Shown here: in pieces, positions 49,741 to 60,091 of the stretch
How the letters are laid out: every line of letters starts with the position of its first letter
Numbering within the stretch: the first letter of the stretch is position 1
DNA from: Lama guanicoe
Lineage: Eukaryota
NCBI GenBank assembly: GCA_013239625.1
Contig: MU053376.1
Location: forward strand, 272,833-336,832
DNA: 64,000 bases
Direction of reading: 5' to 3'
The notes under the pieces: model-generated
Told to the model about the DNA's origin: nothing
Database searches by the model: none
The model's input: the letters and a program-made list of their open reading frames with translations, nothing else
Made by a program: the position numbers and the translations under genes

Positions 49741-52297
49741 TATCACTGTGGGAAAGAGAGCTGACTTGCTCTGTGCTGCTTCAAAGAATCAAAACCAAAA
49801 CTTGTAAGTGGGCAGATTCTGATTTCATATAACAGAATGTTCTAACCTTGGAGCAGGCTGCCTGGTGAGGTAATGAGCTCCCCGTTGCTGGAATTATCCA
49901 GGCAAGGAGGGTGCTCCCCTCAGGGAGGCTGCAGAGGGCTGGTCTGGGCTTGGAGGGAGGCTGGACTAGACCGTCTCTGGGGGCATCTGGAGCTGTGGGT
50001 GGGAGCAGCAGCCCACCTGGGCTGAGCGATCGCCAAAGAAAAGGTCCCACTCAGCCTCCCCTCAAAGCCGCTTCCTCTCTGCTCACCATTTATTCTAAAT
50101 GTTCCTCAAAGTGTGTTCCTTCCTCTCTAAATTTATTTTTTAACTGGTTGAAGGCTAGCCTGCCAAACTCATCTCACTAATGCACTAACATCCAGGCAGC
50201 CTCAGCCCAGAGCCAGCCCACAGTGCAAAATCTCTCAAACCCGGCACCCATTGCTATAGCTGCAGTCCCTGCACTCAGCAAGCTCTCCCGGGCTTCACCG
50301 GGCTTCAGCCTTCCTCCTGCCCCTCCTCTGGGGTGCCCACAGGCTCAGTGCCAAGGGCCCCAGGGAACCCACAAGGGGCAAGGGAGAAAGAAGAAACAGG
50401 CTCAGAGAGAATGGCTGACACCCCACTTTTCCACCCAGGCTGGGCCTGCTCTCAGCTTCTCCATGAGCCCCGTCCCCTGAGCCCCAGGCCCCGGGCAAGT
50501 GGGGGTGACTCGGGCCCTTCAGGCGCATGTCAGCCCCAGCCAGGCGGCTGCCTGCTCACTGACTTCCTCGGTAATTACTTCATTTACACGGAGCAGGAAG
50601 AATCCAACTCAATCATCTAGGCAGGCACGTTAAAAGTAATTATCTGTGTAATGCGTCCTGCACCATCACCTTCCTGTGAAAAACCCAGGGAAAAAAAAAA
50701 AGCCCCCGTTGTCTCCAGCCTGTGTGGCAGCCCCACGATTAATTACACAGCCGTGCTCACACGTTTAGCACCTTGCCGCTGATTGGAAAAGTGAGGACTT
50801 TTAATAATTCATATCTGCAGCCCAGCACCCTGCGCAGGGTGAGGACACAGAGGGCCCTTGTTCTCTGCAAGGCGAGCCCCGCGGCAGTGCCAGGCTCGCC
50901 CCGTGGCCGCCCCACCTGGAGATGGCTCCAGCCCCGGGCCACTGTCTGGCTCCTCCAAGGAGCCAGCGCCACTGTGCTGTGCGGGAGAGGGGCCGTGCCT
51001 CTGTGGGGCCTCCCTCCCACCTCCTCTTCACCAGCGGGATCTGCTCATCTCCTGCCGGAGCTCAGATGCAGCTCACAGAAGCGCCCCCCCCCCAGAACTG
51101 GGCTCCTCCAGAGGGGCCTGGAAGCCAAGATTTGGGGGGTTTGGAAGGCAGGTGCCTGTGATGTCCCTGCAGCCATCTGGACAGCAGGCTCAGGCAGAGA
51201 TATGCCCACTGCGTCTCCCACCCCCTGGTGCAGGAGGCCCTAAGGGGAGCCAAACTGCGGGTGAGGGGTCTATAGGGATCGGAGAAGAACAGGCAAGCCC
51301 CGAAGCCCGTGACCCCCTTTGACTCTGAGCCCATCCCCTCCCACCACCTTGCCCCCTGCAGCTCGGCCTCCCCAGCCCTGCACCCCAGAGCTGGCTCCCT
51401 CCATCCTGGCTCTCCCGTCTCTGGCCTCCCAGGCTCCAGCCCCCTCTCTCTTCCTTTTCCCTGCTTGCCTGTGGTCACAAGGAGCATCTCTCACAGCCTC
51501 TCCTCCCTTCTCCTCCTTCCTTTCCTGTCTGATTCTCTCCCTCACCCCCCACCCTAGCTCTCATCACATCACCCTCCCTGCAGCTTCCCCAACCTTTGCC
51601 CAGAACCTCACACAATAATCCTGAGGCTCTGCTAGTTGCAGCCTGGCCCCACCATCACAAACCCATCCCCCCACCCTCCACGGCCGCGTATCAGGCTCCA
51701 GCTCCTTCAGGTGCTCCCCACTAAATCTGCGACCCACAGGTCAGATGCCCCCCAGAAATTCAAGAGCCTCAGCGGCTCCGGGCCCCAAACTGTAACCTAT
51801 AAAAGAAACAACCTGACCCCTCCCACACTGAGGAAGGTGGGTCCCTGGGGCTGACCTGAGCCTGACGCCCCAGGCCTCCCCTCCATCTCTCCTTCCTGCT
51901 GGCCTGAAACTCACTCCTCTGGCAAGATTAGAGACAGGGTGGGGCTGGCCTCTTTGCTCTAGCCAGGCTGGGGGCTCCAACTGGACCCTAGGAAGCTGGC
52001 AGCCCCAAAGCTGGCCTGACTCAGGAGATGTAATTCAAATGTAATAAATTCAGACAACATCAGCCCAGAATCGGGGATTCTGGAGGTGGGGGTGGGGGCA
52101 CCGAGAAGGCTATAATTAGCATTCTCAGCATCCATGATCCCCAAGTATCGCTGCCAAGAATGAGGGATGGAGAAGGCAGTGGCACCGCAGTGCCAGCAGC
52201 CCAGACTCACACGGCGGCGGCAGGCGGCTGCCAGCCCTGACCAGAGCCCAGCCTTCCCCTTCCACCTCATCTATATGATGCATCAAAACAGACTCAC

Positions 52298-52510
52298 CGG
52301 CTTCTGAGGTGTGAGCCCCGCGCTGAAAAGCTATCGCTGAGCCCCCAGGCACCCCTCCCCGCAGCTCGGGCCAGCTGGGGTCCTCCCGCCCCTGGGGCCC
52401 CCTCCTGAAGAGCGGGCTCGGGATCTGCTCTGGTCTAATCAGTCATCTCTCCGGCTGGCAGGTCCCTGGCGCGGGGAGAGGATGCTGTTGTGGTGACTGC
52501 AGGATCCAGC
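52298..52510 (-). other. PLEKHA6: Internal non-coding first exon (5' UTR) of the WW-less PLEKHA6 isoform; 5' boundary approximate
   Basis: Strong donor AAGCCG|gtgagt at 52298/52297 in a GC/CpG-rich setting. The stretch gctggatcctgcagtcaccacaacagcatcctctcccc...cacacctcagaagccg matches my recollection of the human PLEKHA6 mRNA 5' end. No ATG follows the in-frame stop at 52435-52437. Confidence 0.75.
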
Positions 52511-52680
52511 ATGTTTCCCAGGCAGAAGCAGCTGGGCATGCTCCATAGGCTCCGAGGGGATTTCAGGGCCACGTGACGCTCCCTCCCCAAGCTGTCACTT
52601 AGGATCAGGAGTAAATAGTCCCTAGAAAGGTTTAACTCCATCCACACCAGTGACAAGCTGCTAACCACCCATGCTGCCTG
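52511..52680 (-). promoter_or_regulatory. Putative internal promoter with USF-type E-box GTCACGTGG (52569-52577, minus strand)
   Basis: ccacgtgac lies about 60 bp upstream of the inferred start of the exon and overlaps a TGACG half-CRE. Confidence 0.5.
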
Positions 52681-53101
52681 CCTCGGAGAGAACGGAGAAC
52701 CCCAGCACAGCCTTCCTGGCTTCCACCACCGGAATGGGGCTGCCCCCCAAAGGGGATCCGGGCCACCATCTGCGAGGCTGCACTTTGCAGTCCTCCCACC
52801 AGAGTGCAGGGAGCCAGAAGGTGTCTGGGGTCTGTATCTGGAGCCTCATCAGGCCTGCCTGTGGTGGCCTTTCGCCTCCATGGCTGTCCACCCAAGAGAT
52901 GGGCATGTCTCTGGGTGTCAGGAGGACTTGGCTGGAGCCCCAGTGCCTTGACATCCCCCCACCCCAGCACAGTGAATTTTAAGAAATAACATTTGGAGCT
53001 GCTTGGAGCCCATTACGAGATGCCAGGACACTGTGGGTCCCCAGCCCAAACTGGTCTTCAGTGACCCTGGGCAAGGACACTAGCTGAGCCACGGGTTGCA
53101 T

Positions 53102-53239
53102 ACCTGTGAGTTGCATAATTGAGGGTCAGAGGCAAGAGGGAGGGCTTCAGACAATAGGATTTCTGCCCTGATTCTGCTGTAGAAAAGCCCTATTCAGCTC
53201 TCTCTCGCTCTCTCTCTCACTGCCTCAGCTTCCTTCTCT
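53102..53239 (+). repeat. Left arm of a near-perfect inverted repeat (138 bp)
   Basis: Reverse complement of 54735-54870, except one extra dinucleotide and one substitution in the (CT)n tract. Confidence 0.97.
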
Positions 53240-54734
53240 TCACATTTCTGTGGATGCTGGGAAAAGGTTCTCTGCGACAGTAAGTAAGTGTAATAGAAAC
53301 ACTGAGTTTCATAACCAGGATCAGAAGGACAGAAAGAAAATGGAGTATTCCCCCCTGAACTTCCAGGCAGGCTTGCTGGGTTTCAATCCCACCTGTGCCT
53401 GAGACCCAGAAGCTGGAGCCCCCAGCTGAGTTCCGGGGGTCACTCCTGAATATAGAAATATTTCAGTTAGCAGAGGCCGATGAAGGGTAGCTGCCAGCAC
53501 CCGCCCACATGCTTATTACATCTTTTCTGAATGTTCATTTCAATGAACTTGATTTACAACAATAAGCCCCTCTTCACTTAAACACAACTATTTACCTTCT
53601 CTGTGGGTCTCTTAGTGTGATCTGAGTATAAGCATCCTTTTTACCAGCTGAAGCCTTTATCTTTAAAAAGAATCTACCATGGAAGGTGCAGGTGCAAGAC
53701 TTCCTCTGAGGGTCCGGGAGGAGCTCTTTTCATGGCAGGGGCTGGGGGGGATGTTAAGGGGTCTGATCCATGCCCTGCTCCCACACACCCCAGAGAGAGC
53801 GATGGGAAGGGCGGTCCTTCCCACCCCAGAGCAGGCCAGGCTGGGGCTAGGGATCCCAGCCGAGAGTAGCAGGCATCTGCCTGCAGCTGCAATACTGAGG
53901 GGGATCAATGGATCACCCCCCACCACAGCTGGGATGCTGAGTTCATCGGCTATGGGGGAGCCACTCAGCTGAAGGGGCAGAGAAGTCCTGGATGCAGGCC
54001 CAGTGCCAGGCAGTACCGACTAAGCCCATCCCACCTGCCCTGGATCTCCAGGACTTGGCAAGGCTGCCCAGCACAGGCAGGGGAAGAGCCGGCTTCCAGC
54101 CAGACAAAGATGAGGGGCTCTGGGGGGGTCTCTGGCCTCGAGGAGCTACGGGAGCAAAGTAGGGTTTAGGCCAGAGATTACAGCATCTGGGAGGGCCCGA
54201 GAAGGTGGGGAAGGGGACAGAGCCCCCAGCCTCCATTCCACAAAACCCCCAGACAGCTGGAAAGGACAGGAGACAGACAGACGGGCCTGCTGGGAAGGTT
54301 TCTCTCTGGCAGACGGAGAGCAAGGGCTGCAGACAAGCCCGCGGATCCTCCAAGAGACCTGAGCCAGAAGTGCTGATGCTTCTGGGAGATCTGGGTGGCT
54401 TTGGGGGCCTGGGAGGCCGAAGGCAGGATTGCTGCAGGGAGCGGGGCCTTGGCTTTGGGGAGCAAGGAGAGGGAGATATTGCAGCAGGACCGGCCCTGAG
54501 GTGAGGAGGGGGTGAGCGGGAGGTGTGCCTCTGTGATTCCGTCCATCCTCTGCCCTGGAATCCACGGCCCGCAGCACCCAGGGGAGAAGGTCCACAACTC
54601 TTGGTCATGAATTTCATAGTCTCTAAATATTCAGACGCTCCCTGCATTTCCAGTCTCATCACCACTCCCCATCACAGTCTTGGTGGCCTCTAAATTGCTT
54701 GATTCATTGCCCCTTTCCTCACCTGGCCACATCC

Positions 54735-54870
54735 AGAGAAGGAAGCTGAGGCAGTGAGAGAGAGAGAGAGAGAGCTGAATAGGGCTTTTCTACAGCAGAA
54801 TCAGGGCAGAAATCCTATTGTCTGAAGCCCTCCCTCTTGCCTCTGACCCTCAATTATGCAACTCACAGGT
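54735..54870 (-). repeat. Right arm of a near-perfect inverted repeat (136 bp)
   Basis: agagaaggaagctgaggcagtg(ag)n ctgaatagggcttttctacagcagaatcagggcagaaatcctattgtctgaagccctccctcttgcctctgaccctcaattatgcaactcacaggt. Confidence 0.97.
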
Positions 54871-55279
54871 CCCTCCTTCCCAGGACATACCAACTTGGGA
54901 GCAGGAAACGGAGCCCCACACCATGAAATATCTCTCAGGACCCACCTGAGTCCAAGCCCTACCTCCATCCCTTATCAACCGAGGGACTTTGAACAAGTTG
55001 CCCAATTGCTGAGCCTCAGTCTTCCTCATCTGCAAATGGGGTTTCTCTCCCCTGAGCCCGATACCATCCACCACCGTTCTCCTAGTCTAGCTCATTCTTT
55101 ACTGTTCTGGGGTATTATTTGCCTTTCTGAGAACAGAGCTAGTCTGGTCACTAATCAGCAGATTTGCTCCCCTGCGATCCCTCTCTGTCCTGACTGCCCT
55201 CCGGAGACAACAGGGTAGCTCTTGAGGCTCCACCATACTTCCTGGGGTGCTGCCTCCTCTGGGGCCCCAAAGATTGGGA

Positions 55280-55590
55280 TCTCTGTTGACGGCTCGCGTT
55301 GACCCAGCCCTCGAGTCCAGAGCCCCGGGCTCCTGCACGCCTGCGTCCCGCAGCCCCTGGGCAGCGCGGAGCAGCTCCGGAGCCAGGGGCATGAGGGGAG
55401 ACACCGCCCGCTCCGGCCCCTTCTTGGAGGAAGTGTTCAGACCAGAACAAGGAAGTGGGGGTGGCCGGGCGGGGCTCCCTTGGCTGGAGGAGGTGCCGGG
55501 CCAGGCTGGCGTGGCCCACGCCGCCCCCCCCCCGCACCAACTGAAGAGAGACGAAATTAGCAAGCTCCGCAGCTGTAGCAGAAAGCGGGT
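55280..55590. promoter_or_regulatory. Small CpG-rich island with ETS and GC-box motifs
   Basis: Dense CpG; GAGGAAGTG 55427-55435, AAGGAAGTG 55449-55457, GGGCGGGGC 55467-55475. Confidence 0.5.
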
Positions 55591-55668
55591 GAAGGAGTCA
55601 GGGGCCAGAGAAAATCGGGGTTAGGTGTAACACAGCCAGATCTTTATGCACCGTAAAGAAGTCTACCA

Positions 55669-55805
55669 GGGGAGGGTACAGCTTGGAGCTTGGTGGTAGA
55701 GTGCATGCTTAGCGTGAGGTCCTAGGTTCAATTCCCAGTATCTCCATTAAAATTAATGAATACCTTATTACCCCTCCCCCCCAAAAAAAACCATAGTAGG
55801 GGAAA
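55669..55805 (+). mobile_element. Vic-1-type SINE
   Basis: TSD aaagaagtcta (55655-55665 / 55806-55816). Confidence 0.88.
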
Positions 55806-55970
55806 AAAGAAGTCTATGAGACCCATAGTGGTTGAGATGGGGCAGAGGAAGGTCAAAACAGCCCTATCAGCTCAGGGAGGACCCACCCTAACAGCCTGAG
55901 GCTTGACTCTGTGGGTCACCACTGAGCCAACCCTTTAAAGGCTTTAGCAGGGCCGGTCATGTGTGCTTTG

Positions 55971-55984
55971 GTGCCCTCTTGTGG
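55971..55984 (-). promoter_or_regulatory. Candidate CTCF core motif CCACAAGAGGGCAC
   Basis: Matches CCASYAGRKGGCRS at 13 of 14 positions. Confidence 0.5.
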
Positions 55985-56280
55985 ATTTATGTGGTACATG
56001 CATACAGGTTTGAAATGGGTTTTACCCACATTTTAACCGTTTGCTCTTTCTCTTTTCCCTGCACCACCCTTTCTGGTAAATGACAACTTCAAAACTGCAG
56101 GCATGCTTGAGCAATGACATCACTTGTGGATACCATGAGAATCACCTCCCAAGCACCGTGAAGGAAATGGTTTATTGACACACAGTTATCATATTTTGTC
56201 TGATCCTGGGCAAACAGTATTTGCTTATTGAAATTTGACTCAATCACACTAGAAGAAGGAAGAAAATAAAACAGATTCCC

Positions 56281-56790
56281 CAACTTAAATGTCCATTGAC
56301 AAATGAATAGATAAAGAAAATGTGGTATAATATATGCAATGGAATATTACTCGGCCATTAAAAAGAATGAAACAATGCCATTTGCAGCAACACGGATGAA
56401 CCTAAAGATTATCATACTAAGTGAAGTATGTCAGACAGAGAAAGACAAATATCATATGATAGCACTGTTATGTGAAATCTAAAAAAATGATACAAAGAAA
56501 CTTATTTACAAAACAGAAATAGACTCACAGACATAGAAAACAAACTTACTGTTACCCAAGGGGAAAGAGTTGGGGGGATAAAGCAGGAGTTTGGGATTAG
56601 CAGATACAAACTACTATATATAAAATCAATAAACAAGTTTCTACCGTACAGCACAAGGAACTACATTCAATATTTGTAATAACCTATAATGCAAAAGAAT
56701 ATATATGTACAACTGAATCACTTTGCTGTACACCTGTAACTAACACATTGTGAATCAAATATGCTTCAATTTTTTTAATGCTTTAAAAAA
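56281..56790 (+). mobile_element. 5'-truncated L1 3' end
   Basis: caacttaaatgtccattgacaaatgaatagataaagaaaatgtgg..gccatttgcagcaacacggatgaaccta; TSD-like aaaacagattccc / aaaactgcttccc. Confidence 0.9.
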
Positions 56791-57431
56791 AACTGCTTCC
56801 CAAGTCACTTGTATATCTGACTTTTATTACTACCTCTTGAGATCCATGTCTGGGGTCCTCAGTTCTAACTTACCCACCAATCAAATGTCATGAACCTTTG
56901 TAGGAATTTTATTGTTCTGGGAACTGAAAACAAGAAGAATGGGCCAGAGTCATTCATTTACTCACTCACTCATTCATTCAGTTAGTGTTTATTGATACCT
57001 CCCTTGTCCAAAGCAAGGCACCAGGGATGCTGGTAGCAGCCATGGCATTGTGCTAAGAGCCCAGCCTATGAAATCAGGCAGACAGGGGCCTGAATCCCAG
57101 CTCTGCTTCCCACAAGCTTCATGACATTGAAGACGTTTGAAGTTTCGGTTTTCTCCTTATTTTCTCAAACAGTTGGAGATGACAGAATACTTGCCTCATG
57201 AAGATGCCATGAGAACTGAATGAATTGTCAATGCAGTAAAGCTCTCAGCTTAGAGTGGGCGTGGCTGCTCCTGCTGCAGGGAGTGGCCACCGAGTCTGGG
57301 AAGAGATACAATTGCCTAATAGATGGATTCTTGACATTTCACGACAATACACAATGAAATCATGTTGTCTGCATTTCCAGACTTGATGGCCACCCTGTGT
57401 CACCCCTGCCCTCAGGGGGTTTTCAATAGAC

Positions 57432-57602
57432 CAGTGGTCCTCCAAGTGCGGTCCCCAGACCAGCAGGATCAGCACCACAGGGGAACCTGCTAGCAATGCA
57501 AATTCTTGGACCCTCTGGATCAGAAACTGGAGAGGTGAGCCGAGGGCTGGTTTAATAAGCGCACAGGGTGATTCTGATGCACACTCAAGTTGTGAACCAC
57601 TG
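57432..57602. mobile_element. MER5A hAT-Charlie element
   Basis: Terminal inverted ends cagtggtcctc / gaaccactg; internal ggtccccagaccagcaggatcagcaccac..gcaaattctt. Confidence 0.8.
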
Positions 57603-57609
57603 ACCCAGG

Positions 57610-58260
57610 GAACACAACACGCGTGTAAACAAACAGTAACAATACAGGTGGGCTCTCATGGAGAAGTGACACAATGAGCAGGGTCTTGAAGGAAGGGCAA
57701 GTGTGCACAGGCGGACAAAAGCCATGTTAGAGGAGGGATTCGCACTTGCAAAGGCTGGGGGCACAGAAGGGAGGTGTGTGCTGAGGGACCCACAAGTGAT
57801 GTAGTCTGGCAAAATGGGGTGTGGGAGGGGAGGCTGGAAAAGTGGGGCAGGGGCAGATTACAAAGCCCTTGCAAGTGCCTGAGTAAAGAGTTTAGATTTT
57901 ACCCTATAACTGATGGGGCGCATGAAGGGTTTCTAATGGAGAAGGATATGACCAAATTTGCATTGTAGGAAAAAAAAAAAGCACTCTCGCAGCAGTATGG
58001 CCTGGAGGCAGGAAGATGCTAGAATGATCCAGGTGAGAGCCCATGTGGGCATGAACTTGGGTGGTGGCCATGGGGGTGATGAGGTGCGTGGGTTGAGAGG
58101 TATTTAGGAGAATGGACAGGATCTATGAGGGGGAACCTGAGGGTTCTGCCTCGGTGGCTTCTGACAAAGATGGAACAGGTGTTGGCGATGGGAAGGCAAC
58201 GAAATCAGGACGGGACATACTGAACTGGGGGCGCTCGAAAGAATGCTCTGGGCTGGTAGC
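57610..58260 (-). mobile_element. L2 fragment; other L2 pieces near 12640, 19630, 20760, 34450, 45710, 46260, 58300-58880
   Basis: ggggcagattacaaagcccttgcaagtgcctgagtaaagagtttagattttaccc..tgaccaaatttgcattg L2 motifs. Confidence 0.6.
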
Positions 58261-58455
58261 CAAGGCAGGAGTCAATTATGCCTCTATGGTTTGTCTCCCA
58301 CCAGTTTTCAGTCATTCTTTGATTTCATCGAGTACTGGGTTCCTACCCTGTGCCAGAAAGGTTCTAGGACAAAGTGGACCCAAAATAACTAGAATCTGCT
58401 CTCAGGGCCGACCCGGCAGTGGGAGACACCAACAATCAAGTAAGGAGACAAGTCT

Positions 58456-58614
58456 GGGAGGGTCTAGCTCAGCTGGTAGAGCGTGTGCTTAGCATGCATG
58501 AGGTCCTAGGTTCAATCCCCAGTACCACCATTAAAATAAATAAACCTAATTACCTTCCCCCCAAAAAACAAAAACAAAAACAATTCCCAGGAAACAAAAA
58601 TAGAATCATAAAAT
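58456..58614 (+). mobile_element. Vic-1-type SINE
   Basis: gggagggtctagctcagctggtagagcgtgtgcttagcatgcatgaggtcctaggttcaatccccagtacc plus taaacctaattacc tail. Confidence 0.92.
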
Positions 58615-59189
58615 AAAGTCTAACCTTTAAAAAAAAAGTAAGAGGAACTACGGAGGCGCAGGAGGGAACTTCAGATAGAACCCTCAGGGGAGGCTCACAG
58701 AGAAGACATCTGAGCTAAGGGACAAGTAAGAAGCCAGATGTGCAAAAATAGGAGGAAAGTGCTCCCAGGCACAGGGCACAGCAGCTGCAAAGGTCCTGAG
58801 GTAGGAGAACCCAGCTGTGGGGGGTGAGGTCGAGGCCAGGCCGCAGCAGGCGGGGAGCTGTGGGTGAGATGAGGTGATACTCATGACAGTTTTGTAAACT
58901 GTCTCAAGAGCCAGGTATCCATAAAGGAATACCAAGGTGGTGTCTTCAAGAAGAAAAGAAGAGATGTCTTAACTGAAGCAAAAAGGATTTTGGCTCAATT
59001 TCAGGAAAAGCTCAGGCTCGAAGAGCCTTGTCGTATCAGAACGATTTCCAAAACAGGTAATTTATTCATTTTGCGGTTGCTGTTTTTGTTTAAGAATAGG
59101 ATTAACAGCCAAGCTGATGTAAGTGCTGGCTGGTCTCGAGCTGGGAGCTGGAAAGAGGACCTCTCAGAGCACAGACAGAAGAGGGAGGA

Positions 59190-59580
59190 AGATGAGGAAG
59201 AGCGGGGAGGGGAGGAGGGGAGGAGACGGTTCTCCCTCGCCACCAGCCCTGCAGGCCGGAGCATGCCCGCCCCACCCGTGGGAGCGGAGCCAGGACCCAG
59301 CCCGGCGGAGAGGTGGAGAGACCCCGGCCAAGGCAGAGGGAAAGGAGTCCAGCTGGGCAGGTGCGGACCACCCCAGCCCGGAGAGCTGTCTTCTGCTTCC
59401 AATGTTACACCTGGGCAGCTTTCCCAGGCGCACCTTCGGTTGCTGAGAACACGAGCCACCCCATCCGACAGAGGGTCTGACCACCCTCTAGGGGAAAACG
59501 GAGCACCAGACACACGCCTGCCAGCCCGGGATCGCGAGCGCCCCCGTCCAGGAGGGCGAGAGTGAGGCGGCCAGCCCTGC
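59190..59580. promoter_or_regulatory. CpG/GC-rich intronic segment just downstream of the WW2 exon
   Basis: Local CpG enrichment and a purine-rich G-tract at 59200-59225. Confidence 0.35.
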
Positions 59581-60033
59581 CACCACCTGACCTGCCTGTG
59601 TGTGCACCGAGCTCACGCCTCGCCTCCAACTGGCTCTACTTCCAGCCTCTCAGGGCACCCTGTGCTCCATCTCCTTCCTCTGAACCTTTGTCCCTTTGTC
59701 TCGAGAACAGCCTCTTCCCTCTGCTTTATTGAGCCATGTCCCTCCCACCTGTACAGCCCAGCCCAGCCCAGCGCTCCACTCACCCCACCCCGCCCCACCC
59801 TAGAAAAATTCCCATGATTGACACTGGCTCTCTCGGGCCAACATACACACGGAGAGACACCCACACCCTGGGCTTTATCTGCAGCGCTCACTTGGAAGCC
59901 TCCTGGCCATTCACAGGTCCCAGCAAGTCCTCCAGCAAGACCCTTTATCTGCGTCCCCTCCCGAGGAGGCATCAGGTACAAGGACGAAAGTAGGACCAAG
60001 AGCGAGACCAGAAATAAACTCCATCTTACTCAC

Positions 60034-60091
60034 TTGATGAAATACACAGCTCCCTCCTGGGTGGAATCCATCTCCCAGCCCTTAGGCAAAC
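60034..60091 (-). CDS. PLEKHA6: PLEKHA6 WW-isoform coding exon (58 nt, phase 1 to phase 2): N-terminal part of WW2, [G]LPKGWEMDSTQEGAVYFI[N/K]
   Basis: Minus strand: acceptor gattctgcttcctcacag|GTTTG, donor TTCATCAA|gtgagt. 2 nt + 18 codons + 2 nt. Carries the LPxGWE...GxxYF WW signature and joins the 63390-63466 exon in frame (G+GT = Gly). Confidence 0.94.

Noticed and set aside
53102..54870. Inverted arms as terminal inverted repeats of a DNA transposon
   Set aside because: No target-site duplication outside the arms and no transposase similarity in the spacer; the 240-aa ORF at 53943-54665 is Pro/Ser-rich and unrecognisable.
58990..59565. 191-aa plus-strand and 170-aa minus-strand overlapping ORFs
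   Set aside because: By-products of a GC-rich, low-stop segment; no recognisable homology.
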